In this document: piece after piece, positions 39,290 to 50,950 of the stretch
Numbering within the stretch: position 1 is the stretch's first letter
Layout: each line of letters begins with the position of its first letter
DNA from: Mobula hypostoma
Taxonomy: Eukaryota
Direction of reading: 5' to 3'
NCBI RefSeq assembly: GCF_963921235.1
Contig: NC_086097.1
Location: 16,430,001-16,494,000, forward strand
DNA length: 64,000 nt
Translations under genes and position numbers: made by a program
Notes under the pieces: generated by a model
The model's database searches: none
Told to the model about the DNA's origin: nothing
The model's input: only the letters and a program-made list of their open reading frames with translations

Positions 39290-39550
39290 TCCTTCTCCCT
39301 GGGCCTCCTGTCCCATGATCCTCTCATATCCCTTTTGCCAATCACCTGTCCAGCTCTTGGCTCCATCCCTCCCCCTCCTGTCTTCTCCTATCATTTTGGA
39401 TCTCCCCTCCCCCTCCCACTTTCAAATCTCTTACTAACTCTTCTTTCAGTTAGTCCTGACGAAGGGTCTCGGCCTGAAACTTCGACTGTACCTCTTCCTA
39501 GAGATGCTGCCTGGCCTGCTGCGTTCACCAGCAACTTTGACGTGTGTTGC
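39290..39550 (+). mobile_element. Penelope-like terminus with type I hammerhead-like motif
   Basis: agtcCTGACGAagggtctcggcctGAAACttcgact at 39452-39487. Confidence 0.8.
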
Positions 39551-40102
39551 TCTTTCTGGAACAGTTATTATTCTACAACAATCAGGCTCCTGAACCAGCA
39601 TGGATTTCTTCACTGATTTTAAATCTGAACTGATTCCACACTTTCAAAGACTCCACAACTCATGTTCTCAGTATTATTTTTCATTTGCACAATTTACCTT
39701 CTTTTACATATTGATTGTTTGTCAGTCTTTATTTATGCCAAGTCAAGTTTATTATCACTTAACTATATACATGTACACCGTCAAATAAGACGAAGTTTAT
39801 CCAAACCAGGATGTAAAGCACTGTAATACACCTAACACATAATAACTTATGAAAGTAAAGAGAAATCTACAGATTGATTACTCATAAATAAAGCGTATAA
39901 ATTAATATTGTAAAGTACAGAACAGATTAACCAGTGATGCTTTGAATGTGATGTGATGTATAGTTTTTCCTAAAAATTCAATTGCATTTCTTTATTTTCC
40001 TGTTAAAGCCTGCAAGAAAATAAATTTAGAGGAAGTATATGGTAACACATACACACATTGATAATAAATGTACTTTGATTGTGGTCAGTTTACTGGTTCA
40101 CT

Positions 40103-40118
40103 CTGCCACCTGGTGGCC
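40103..40118 (-). promoter_or_regulatory. Candidate CTCF binding site
   Basis: Minus strand GGCCACCAGGTGGCAG matches the core CCASYAGRKGGCRS at every position. Confidence 0.5.
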
Positions 40119-40567
40119 GGAAGAACATTGTTCGGATTTCAGTGCCATAGTCTCTTGCAACACAGTAACAGGCCCTTTGGCCTACAATATCTGCACCCAT
40201 TTTCACTAATCCTACAATAATTTCATTTTATACGCCTCACATCCTATCAACTCCAGATTTTACCACTGACCTGCATATCTGGGGAATCTTACAGAGCCAA
40301 TTAACTTACCAATCAGCGTATCCCAGTCATGGGGATAAGGTGTAAACTCCCTAAGTACAGTATTGGTGATCAGAATTAAACTAGGTCCTCTGGAGTTGCG
40401 AGGCAGCAGCTCTCCTGGCTGTGTCACTGTGTTGTGCCACGTTGTGACTCTCCATCATAGCAATAAAAAGTTAACAAACAGGAACATGATTAATATATAT
40501 CACATTCCAATTTTATCATGTAATTAGATCTAAATCCTAATTATAATTTTATATAGTGTTAAGCCAA

Positions 40568-41132
40568 TCACAAACAAGAAAAAATCTGCAGATGCTGGAA
40601 ATCCAAGATGCCAAGACACACAAAATGCTGGAGGAATTTATCAGACCAGGCAGCATCTATAGAAAAGCGTACAGTCGGTATTTCTGGCCAAGACCCTTCA
40701 GCAGGACTGGAGAAAAAAAGACCCGTCATTCTGGAATGAAAAGCTCCATCCTGACAGCAGATGCGGCGGCGATGGAGGAATTGAGAGAAGGGGATGGCGT
40801 TTTTACAAGTAATAGGATGGGAAGAGGTATAGTCCAGGTAGCTTTGCGAGTCCGTGGGTTTGTAATAGACATCAGTAGATAAGCTGTCTCCAGAGACAGA
40901 GAGATCAAGGAAGTGGAGGGAGCTGACGGAAATGGATCAGGTAAATTTGAAGGCAGGGTGGAAGTTGGAGGCAAAGTTGATGAAGTTGTCAAGCTCTGCA
41001 TGGGTGCAGGAAGCAGCTCCAATGCAGTTGTCGATATAGCATAGGAAAAGTGGGGAACAGATACCAGTGTATGCTTGGAAAATAAGACTGTTCTAGGTAG
41101 CCGACAAAAGAGCAGGCATAGCTGGGACCCAT
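40568..41132 (-). mobile_element. Penelope-like fragment (RT segment plus terminus), inverted relative to the adjacent copy
   Basis: Minus-strand MGPSYA...YIDNCIG...FHPAFKFT is homologous to the plus-strand ~41965-42370. Confidence 0.85.
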
Positions 41133-44100
41133 GTGAGTGCCCATCTTCAACCCTCCTCCTCTTCCTGGACACCCCGCCCTGATCTTCTACTTGGTCTGGA
41201 TCTTTTCATGGCCAACTGCCATCGGGACATCAACCGTCTCGACTTCAACACCCTTCTCTCCAATTCCAACCTCACTCCTTCCAAAAACTCTGCTCTCCTC
41301 TCCCTCCACACTAATCCTAACCTCACCATCAAACCCGCAGATAAAGGGGTGCTGTCGTAGTCTGGTAGACTGACCTCTACGTTGCTGAGACGCAGCGACA
41401 ACTTTCAGACACCTCCTCCTACTTACCTCCCCGAACAGGATCCCCCTTAGGGGCACTAGGCAATTGTCTTCCACACCATTACTGAACTTATAAACTCTGG
41501 GGATCTCCAAACCACTGCCACCGACCTCATAGTTTCCGCACCCCGCACCTCCTGTTTCTACCTCCTACTCAAGTTTCACAAACCCACTTGTTCTGGTAGA
41601 CCCATTGTTTCAGCTTGTTCCTGCCCCACTGAACTCATATTTGCATACTTCAACTCTGTTTTATCTCTCCTAGTTCAGTCTCTTCCTACCTACAACTGTG
41701 ACATTTCACATGCTCTGGATCTTTTTAAAGATTTCAAGTTCCCTGGCCCCCATCATCTTACTTTCACTATGGATGTCCAGTCCCTATACACCTCCATCCC
41801 CAGCGGAAAGGCCTCAAAGCTCTCTGTTTCTTTGTGGACACCGGACCCAAACAGTTCCCCTCCACCACCACTCTTCTCCGTCGAGCAAAACTTTCCTCAC
41901 TCTTAATAAGTTCTCCTTTGGCTCCTCCCAATTCCTTCAAACAAAAGGTGTAGCCATGGGCACTTGCATGGGTCCCAACTATGTCTTCCTTTTATGTCAG
42001 CTACATGGACCAGTCCATATTCCAAGCCTACACTGGTGTCCATCTCCCACTTTTCGTACGCTACAATGACAACTACATCAGTGCTGCTTCCTTCACCCAT
42101 ATGCGAAGCTCAGGAACTTCATCAACTTTACCTCCAGCTTCCACCCTGCCCTCAAATTTAGCTGGTCCATTTCAGACACCTCCCTCCCTTCTCTCAATCT
42201 CACTGTCTCTGTCTCTGGAGGCAGCTTATCTACTGATGTCTATAATAAACACACAGTCTCTCACAGCTACCTGGACTATAACTCTACCTACCCTGTTACT
42301 TGTAAAAACATCATCCCTTCTCTCAATTTCTCTGTCTCTGCTGCATCTGCTCTTAGGCCTTCCATTCCAGAATGAAGGAAATGTTCTCCTTTTTCAAAGA
42401 AAGGGGTTTTCCTTCCTCCACCATCAACGCTGCCCTCAACTACATCTCCTCCTCGCTGATCATCAACACTGGCACACCTCAGGGGTGTGTGCTTAGCCCA
42501 CTGCTCTACTCTCTATATACACAACTGTGTGGCGAGGCACAGCTCAAATACCATCTATAAATTTGCGGACAATACAACCATTGTTGGTAGAATCTCAGGT
42601 GGTGATGAGAGGACGTACAGGAGTGAGATATGCCAACTAGTGGAGTAGTGCCGCAGCAACAACCTGGCACTTAACGTCAGTAAGATGAAAGAGCTGATTG
42701 TGGACTTCAGGAAGGGTAAGACGAAGGAACACATACCAATCCTCATAGAGGGGTCAGAAGTGGAGAGAGTGAGCGGCTTGAAGTTCCTGGGTGTCAAGAT
42801 CTCTGACGATCTAACCTGGTCCCAACATATCAATGTAGTTATAAAGAAGGCAAGACAGTGGCTATACTTTATTAGGTGTTTGAAGAGATTTGGCATGTCA
42901 ACAAATATACTCAAAAACTTCTATTGTTGTACTGTGGGGAGCATTCTGACAGGCTGCATCACTGTCTGGTATGGAGGGGCTACTGCACAGGTCCGAAAGA
43001 AGCTGCGGAAGGTTGTAAATCTAGTCAGCTCCATCTTGGGTACTAGCTTACAAAGTACCCCAAGACATCTTTAGGGAGCGGTGTCTCAGAAAAGGCAGCA
43101 TCCATTACTAAGGACCTCTAGCACCCAGAGCATGCCCTTTTCTCACTGTTACCATCAGGTAGGAGGTACAGAAGCCTGAAGGCACCCACACAGCGATTCA
43201 GGAACAGCTTCTTCCCCTCTGCCATCCGATTCCTAAATGGTCATTGAATCATTGGACACTACCTCACTTTTTTTTAATATACCGTATTTCTGTTTTTGTA
43301 TGTTTAAAAAAATCTATTCAATATACGTAATTGATTTACTTGTTTATTTATTTATTATTATTTTAAAATTTTTTTTTTTTTATGTATTGCATTGAACTGC
43401 TGCTGCCAAGTTAACAAATTTCACATCACATGTCGGTGATAATAAACCTGATTCTGATCTCTTCCATTTCATGCATGTCTGCTCTTACCCCATCCTCCAG
43501 TCACCCTACCAGGGATAGGGTTCCTTTTGTCTTCACCTACCACCCCACCAACTTCCGCATCTAGCACATAATTCTCTGTAACTACCGCCATCTCCAACAG
43601 GATCCCACCACCAAGTACATTTTTCCCTCCACCACACTTTCTTCTTTCTGTGGGGAATCGCTCCCTATGGGACTCCCTTGTCCATTTGTTCCTCCCCACT
43701 GATCTCCTTCCTGGCACTTACCCTTGCAAGCAGAACAAGTGCAACACCTGCTCCCTCACTACCATTCAGGGCCCCAAACAGTCCATCCAGGTGAGGCGGC
43801 ACTTCACCTGTACATCTGTTGAAGTCATATCCTGTATCCGGTGCTCCCAGTGTAGCCTCCTGTATATTGGTGAGACCCAACATAGATGGGGAGACTGTTT
43901 CGCCGAACACCTATGCTCCATCCACCAGAAGAAGCGGATTCTCCCATGGCTGCCCACTTTAATTCCACTTCCCATTCCCATTCAGAAATGTCAATCCATG
44001 GCCTCCTTACTGTTGCAATGAGGCCACACTCAGGTTGGAACAACACCTTATATTATGTCTGGGTAGCCTCCAACCTGATGGCATGACACTGATTTCTCAA

Positions 44101-44480
44101 AATTCCAGTAATGCCCCCCCCAACCATTCCCCATCCCCTTTTCCCTCTCTCAACTTATCTCCTTGCCCACCCATCACCTCCCTCTGGTGCTCCTCCCTCC
44201 TTATCTTTCTTCCATGGCCTTCTGTTCTCTCCTATCGGACTCCCCTTTCTCCAGCCCTGTATCTCGTTCACCAATCAACTTCCCAGCTCTGCACTTCATC
44301 TCTCCCACTCCTAGTTTCACCTATCGCCTTGTCTTTCTCTCTCCCCTCCTCCTATCTTTTAAACCTTCTTGTCCTTTTCCCTCCAGTCCTGCCGAAGGAT
44401 CTCGTCCCGAAACGCCAACTGTACTTTCTTCCATAGATGCTGCCTGGCCTGCTGAGTTTCTCCAGCATTTTGTGTGTGTG
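41133..44480 (+). mobile_element. Penelope-like element, long degenerate copy (RT plus GIY-YIG), split by a Rex1 insertion
   Basis: IKPADKG, GRPIVS, MDVQSLYTSI, QTKGVAMGT.MGP, CIRCSQCSLLYIGETQ, LGSLQPDGM. Terminus at 44384-44480. Confidence 0.9.
42453..43458 (+). mobile_element. 5'-truncated Rex1-type LINE
   Basis: [40 protein letters not shown], and an aataaacctgattctgat tail. Confidence 0.88.
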
Positions 44481-44544
44481 TTAAATGGTGGGAAAGAATG
44501 GCAACACAAACCATGATTAACTTCATTTGTTTTTTCCCCTAGAT

Positions 44545-44872
44545 ACAGCAGGTTACAGGCCCTTCTTGTTCGACAAGCCCGCGCCACACAATTACACTCG
44601 TGTGGCTAATCAACTTCCTGACCTGTATGTCTTTGGAATGTGGGAGGAAACTGGAGCATCCAGGGGAAAGCCCTGTGATCACAGGGAGAGCCTACAAACT
44701 CCTCACAGACAGCAGAACTGAACCCAGGCCACTGGTGCTGTGATAGTATTGCGATAACCTATACACTACCAAGTAATAGTATTGCGATAACCTATACACT
44801 ACCATGTAATAGTATTGTGATAACCTCTACACTACCATGTGATAGTATTCTGATAACCTCTACACTACCATG
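44545..44872 (-). mobile_element. V-SINE/HE1-like SINE with a tandemly repeated head
   Basis: V-domain reverse complement gtctttggaatgtgggaggaaactggagcatcc, with the head repeated four times. Confidence 0.75.
44740..44872. repeat. 33-bp tandem repeat, 4 copies
   Basis: atagtatt recurs at 44743, 44776, 44809 and 44842. Confidence 0.95.
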
Positions 44873-44959
44873 CCTCTGTTTCGGTACAAACATTCTCAGG
44901 ACTGTACTCCATGCCCTGACCTCAACAGCAGATTGCACTTTCCTGTCAAGACCTCTAAT

Positions 44960-45830
44960 GATAGAGCAGTACAGCACAGTTTAGGCCCTTTGACCTCTGA
45001 TGTTGTGCTGACTTACTTCAAGATCAATCTAACCCTTTCCTTTCACATAGCCTTCCAGTTTTTCATTCATATTCATATCTATGAATCTCTTAAATGTCCC
45101 TAATGAGTCTGCCTCTACTATCATCCCCAGCAGAGCATTCCTGACACGATTCTCTAAAAAAAACCTTTGACAGCCTCCCTATACTTAACTCATCTTAAAG
45201 TTCAGCCCTCTTGTATTAGGCGTTTCCACCCTAGGAAATAAAGACACGGTGTCCACTCATATGTTTTTTTAAAATCATCTCATACACCTCTATAAAGACA
45301 CCTCTCATCCTCCTTCACTCCAAAGAAAAAAGTCCTAGCTTAACGTTTCCTCACAAGACAAACTCACTAATCCAAAAAGCACCCTGATAAATCTCCTCTG
45401 CACCCTCTGTAAAACTTCCACATCTCTCCAATAATGAAGCAATGGCACTGAACTGGACATAATACTCCAAGTGTGTTCTAACAGAAATGAATCCAATACT
45501 CTAAGAGTGGTCTATCCAGCTTTTCAGAGAGCTGCAAAATTCCTTTGCAGCTCTTGAATTCAATCCCCTGGCTTTGAAGGTCAAGAACCATACGGCTTCT
45601 TAACCACCTTAACAACCTGTGCGGCAACTTCGAGGGATCTATAGATGCTGACCCCAAGATTCCTATGTTTTCCTCCACACTGTTAAGAATCCTGCCATTA
45701 ACCCTGTGTTCTGTCTTTGGGTTTGAGTTTTAAAAGTGAATCGCTTCACATTTCTCTGGGTTGAACTCCATTTGTACTTCTGCATCCTGTCAATGTCCTA
45801 CAACAACCTTCTGCACTATCCACATTACCA
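44960..45830 (-). mobile_element. Degenerate CR1 3' portion
   Basis: Minus strand GIEFKSCKGILQL..LDRPLLEYW, with a CR1 3' UTR near 44.97 kb. Confidence 0.65.
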
Positions 45831-46772
45831 ATCTTTCAAAGCATCCCTCTTCAAATGCCATCTCCTACTAGCTGCATCAATGGACTAAAATGATCAGGTT
45901 TCCACCACTCACCCAACCATCATTAGTAATCCACCTTCTGCTTTACCACAGTCTCACACAGAGGCCTCGCTGTGCAAGTTGAACAGATAATACAATTGAC
46001 CCAACTTGGTATAGTCTTTTCTTCTGACTCTGGCAAGACTTAAGGGGTGAATAACATCTATATTTGCCAACTCACAAAGCAAATTGACACCCGAGGTACA
46101 TAAGAAGCAGGTACTATGCAGAGAAATTACAGAGTGACAGTGCTTTGGGAGGACAATTATTTTATGCAGAGTAGCCAGTTAATGAAAACAGCCTTCTATA
46201 AAGTCAGGTTGATATATTGGTGATGAAACATTTATCCTACTTATGAAGATTACAAATAGATCACTGGATTTTCCTGTGAAATTTACCTCCAAGATGTTGA
46301 GTGTACAGAGATTCTAAATCCACATACAACAAGGAATCATAAAACACCTGGATGTACTAGAACAGAGTACAAGTATTTTCTAGCCACTTTTGAAGATTTT
46401 TAAAAGTAAGTTTTATTGCACATATAAAGCTAAATGCTTTAAAGCTTTAAATGCTCTAAATGTTTTAATGCTTTATTGTACATATAAAGCTAAATGCTTT
46501 ATCTGTAACACATATTCTCTCTAAAGTGATACCCTCAGTTCACATAAAGATTTAATAGTTGGTGTCACTGGCATGGTCAGGACATATTGACCACTCTTGT
46601 TGTCCAGGTAAGCTTCTGACATAACTAAGCTGATTGGGGAACTTCAGTTTGGAAGCTAAAAGTAAACAATGTAGGTGTGGAGTGGACTGGAGTCACATGT
46701 TAGCCAGATGGAGCAAAGGCAGGTTTCCTTACTATCTAGTTTGGTTTTTAGATTCTCGTCAACACTATTTTG

Positions 46773-47092
46773 GGTAGCATGGTAGTGTAGTGGTTAGCAC
46801 AATGCTTTACAGCACCAGTGATCATGATTGGGGTTCAATTCCTGCCTTTGTCTGTAGTGTTTGTATGCTCTCCACATGATGATATAGATTTCCTCCAGAT
46901 GCACCACCTTCCTCTCACATTCCAAAGATGTACAGGTCGGGGTTAGTTAGTTGTGGGCGTGCTATGTTGGCACCACAGCATGGCGACACAAGCGAATTGC
47001 TTTCAGTACATTCTCAGACTGTGTTGGTCATCGATGCAAATGACACATTTCATTGTATGTTTCGATATACATGTGACAAATAAAGCTGATTT
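46773..47092 (+). mobile_element. V-SINE/HE1-like SINE
   Basis: ggtagtgtagtggttagc head, gggttcaattcc B box, V-like ttcctccagatgcacc...tccaaagatg. Confidence 0.75.
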
Positions 47093-48129
47093 TATCTCAT
47101 CTTACTTTTAGATTCATAGTACTGAATGTTAAGAAAGAGAGTCAAATGCTCAGAACATATTTACCTCAATTTTTCTGATTTATTAGGCAAATCTCTGGAT
47201 TAAAAGTACAATAACATTATTAGTGTATCCAGCAATATAATAACCTTTAAATATATCAATAAACCAGACGATAAATATACCTCATGTTCCAAATTTAACA
47301 TGTGATTAGGCTTAAATCCTAATATATTCTTAACAAATGTACTGCCAAGTATCTTTCAAATATAAACAGGAAAAGGGGCTAAATTTTATATTAGTGGTAA
47401 AGGAGGGATGGGGCTGCTAAACATGATTAACTGCATCTATTTGTTCCAGTGCAATGCAAATGAATTTTGCACTTGCTGATGATTTTCATTTCAGCATTTA
47501 GCCATCACCAGCTGGGTTCTTAATGACAGCACATCATCACAGGCGTCAATGTTATGGCCAGTATTGGCTCATGTTAACTATTGCTATTTACAGCTAGCCT
47601 GTACGTTTTAATTGTGATGGTGGAGTGTGGAACAGTTGTTGCTGTATCGTGGAGGAAGACATTCTGGTGATAATTTCAGACTGATAGAAGCCACAGCAGA
47701 TATGTGCATATACTATGTATAACAGTGTCCAATGATATGGATCTTTGCAATGTCCTTCTTTGGTCCAGGGGAAAGTTACTTTGTTCCTTCCCCTCTTCAG
47801 ATCCATGTAAGCGTTCTACTCTTCCTTATGAAAATGGGCAGCCATGTATTTCCTTGGGGTACCACACTTGAGGACTTCTCTTAAGTTCCTCTCAGCAGAA
47901 TTTTTATTCACTAGTTTCATTTTATAAACTGAGATTAAGCACTGTGATTGTGTGTGTGTGTGTACAATTTAAAATCAGATCACTGTCATTTTCTACTTAA
48001 CATATTTATCAAAACTGACAGATCATATTCAACAGCAATAATGTTAGAAAACAATAAAGTGGCATCATTTTCCAATTCAAAAAATACACTCCCCCAGTTG
48101 TACAGCAGAAATGGTTGACTGTTTCTTAC

Positions 48130-48202
48130 CATGTCCTCCAGATGGCAGTGCACTGCTATAGAATTTCACAGGACATCCACTGACAATATTGAAACAGATA
48201 CC
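48130..48202 (-). other. Candidate exon of an unidentified minus-strand transcript
   Basis: Donor ATG|gtaaga, weak acceptor, open frame GICFNIVSGCPVKFYSSALPSGGH. Phase-compatible with the 50850-50950 segment. Confidence 0.3.
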
Positions 48203-49179
48203 CTAGCGTTATATGGTTAAATCATGAGACACTGAGAAACATACTTCATTCTGCAAATTATTTATATGCCTAACAAAGTCCAGGGGTACTGTCGGTCGCG
48301 TTGAATGGTACTCTTCAAGGTTATTGAGATGAAGATTATTTAGGAACAGCTACATTCCTACAACTATCAGGTTCTTGAACCGATCTGTCAACCCTAATCC
48401 TATCTCAGTAATGGAACACTATGGACTAACTCTTGTACTACCTGAGACTTGTTTTTAATTGTGTTTCTGCACTAATGTCTGGTTCTGCAAAACCTTTTTC
48501 TTCACTGTCATGTGTAATTTATTATGTGTGTTGTCCGATCAACATGCCAGTGCTGCTAATGCATGCAAGACTTTCATTATACCTGCACTTTACTGTAATT
48601 ATGCATATGACAGTAAACTCTATGTAATTCCACAAGACATAGCAGTAAAAGATTGAGTCAACAGATTATGCATTTTCCAAAACATTTTATTTCACTTTGT
48701 ATAATACAGAATTAGACTCCAACTACAATGAATTTTCAGTGTATTGATTTCAGCATATGTGAAAATTGAAAGTGAATTTAGAATATATACACCCTGGATG
48801 ATTCCTCAGAAAGAAAATGAAATTACAGAGATTAATATGTAATTATATCCATATTTTGGTACTCTACAGAAAACAATACACTCCTCGGACTGAGAGGCAG
48901 GAATTCAGCTTCTCTAATCACTTCCACTGTTTGATTACATCAAACTTGACCTGCATCATATCTCCATCCACTCAGTGTGGTTAAATAAACCTTACTATCT
49001 ATACTTATCAAGAATATTTTTATCAAAAGCAATTCTGAACATTTGTTCTGGTGTTTTGTGTTAACATTTTTCGACTTTCTAAATAAATAACTTCTATCAT
49101 TGGTTTAGAAATACAAGTGGGTGGGATAATTCACAAATGAATGAATATTCATAACAAAAGTACTTAATTAGCTATAGAG

Positions 49180-49989
49180 CAGGGGTCCCCCAACCTTTTT
49201 TGCATCGCGGACCGGTAGAATATCGACAATATTCTTGCGGACCGGCTGACCCGGGGGTGGGGGTTGGTGTTCAAGTAGGGTTAAACTCACCTCAACATGT
49301 CTTTTACAGTTAGGGTTGCCAACTTTCTCACCCCACATAAGGGACAAAAGTAGCAGTCAAATCCCGGGACACTTGTGTTTACCCCAGAAAAGACTACCAT
49401 GACCATGAAGCCTTGCGCGGGCACCTGTGTGTGCATGCGTGAGTGACGTACGCATATGTGATATGCGCATGCACATACGTGCCGATATTTTCCCCCACAA
49501 ATCGGTTTTGGCTTAATCTTCCCGACTATACTGTACATACATTACTTCTACTTTATACAGGCTGTGTATTTATCATATCATTCCTGCTTTTACTATAGGT
49601 TAGTGTTATTTTTGGTTTTATGTGTTATTTGGTATGATATAGTAGGCTATTTTTTGGGTCTGGGAATGCTCAAAAATTTTTCCCATATAAATTAATGGTA
49701 ATTGCTTCTTCGCTTTACACCATTTCGGCACAAAAGTTTTCATAGGAACGCTCTACCTTAGCAGGGGAAATATGGGACAAGGGCGGTCCCGGATGGGACA
49801 AACCAATTTAGCCCAATATATGGGATGTCCCGGCAAATACGGGACAGTTGGCAACCCTATGTTCAAGTTCAACAGTGCGTGACAGGGAATGAGGAAAGGT
49901 GCAGCTGACTTATATCCTTTCCTCATGGCCCGGTAGCACATGCTCTGCCGCCCGGTACCGGTCCACGGCCCGGTGGTTGGGGACCACTG
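49180..49989. mobile_element. hAT (Charlie-like) non-autonomous transposon, composite
   Basis: TIRs CAGGGGTCCCCCAACC and GGTTGGGGACCACTG. 8-bp TSD CTATAGAG at 49172-49179 and 49990-49997. Confidence 0.92.
49276..49859. mobile_element. Second hAT-type element nested inside the first
   Basis: Ends TAGGGTT...AACCCTA, with an 8-bp TSD TGTTCAAG at 49268-49275 and 49860-49867. Confidence 0.85.
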
Positions 49990-50849
49990 CTATAGAGAAA
50001 CATTTCCTATATATGGTTGTGTTTTTTCCCTTTCTTGAATGCAGTGTCTCTAGCAAGGCAATAAAGGGCAATTTAAATACAGAAATGTGGATTGGATCTT
50101 GATTAAAAGGGCATTTACTAGGGACCACTAGCAATTTCCATTGCCATGATGTCAATAAAATTTGTATTACACTGGATTTCTGTGACATTATATACCATTC
50201 CCTTGACAACAGCAACACTTTGAGTCACTCTATCTCCCAAAGTTATAATTGAAGCAAAGAAAACCTCTGCAACTAAACCTTACTTAATTCTCCATTATTC
50301 TTCTGATCTGTGCTGTGGAGAAGTTTTTGGCTTCCAAAGCATCACTGAATTATACAGCATACTTGCCTCATCGTACCCATGCCAGCTTTTTCACAGAGAT
50401 ATCTAATTTATCCTGCTCTTTCCTCTTAACCCTGCTATTCCTTTAAAGTATTTATCAAATTCTCTTTTGCATGTTATTAATGCTGTCACCAATTTAAGCA
50501 GAGTATTCCAGATTTTATCAGTAACTACAAGCTTTATTAAAAAAATGTTTCCCCTCCTCCGGTTCTTCCAGCTTACATCTCAGTCCTCAGGTTACCAACA
50601 CCTCTGCCAATGTAAGTAGTATTTGCTTAATTATTCAATTAAAAGCCTTCATGATCAAGAAAAGTTTTGTATCCAGGTTTAGAAACTCAGGATTATGGAT
50701 GAAAGGAGGAGGAGGGAACATGGACATCACCTCATTTTACTTCATTTTCTTTTCCTGAATACTCAATGTTTTAACATAATTCACTATCACATGTGCTGGA
50801 TATTTTTGAATTATTGTGTCCTGCAACAACAGGCGTGCATGCTTCTTAC

Positions 50850-50950
50850 CTTATTCTGATTTCTTGCAACCACCCAGTTCATGTTGCACCTCTGCATTTT
50901 GGAGGTCAAAAGAAAACAGATTGCCTCCAAACCACTGATGCTGTTAGAAT
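50850..50950 (-). other. Candidate exon of an unidentified minus-strand transcript
   Basis: Acceptor cctcctgtgccttcctctccacctAG, donor AAG|gtaaga, one open frame (SNSISGLEAICFLLTSKMQRCNMNWVVARNQNK). Confidence 0.4.

Noticed and set aside
44740..44872. CRISPR-like array
   Set aside because: The repeats are contiguous with no spacers, in a eukaryotic SINE context.
46412..46501. About 30-bp direct repeat with taaatgct subrepeats
   Set aside because: Low-complexity local slippage with no sign of function.
47594..47930. Minus-strand coding-looking stretch (RRTLQRSISLDT)
   Set aside because: Stops occur in every frame across the region, splice sites are unconvincing, and I recognise no family.
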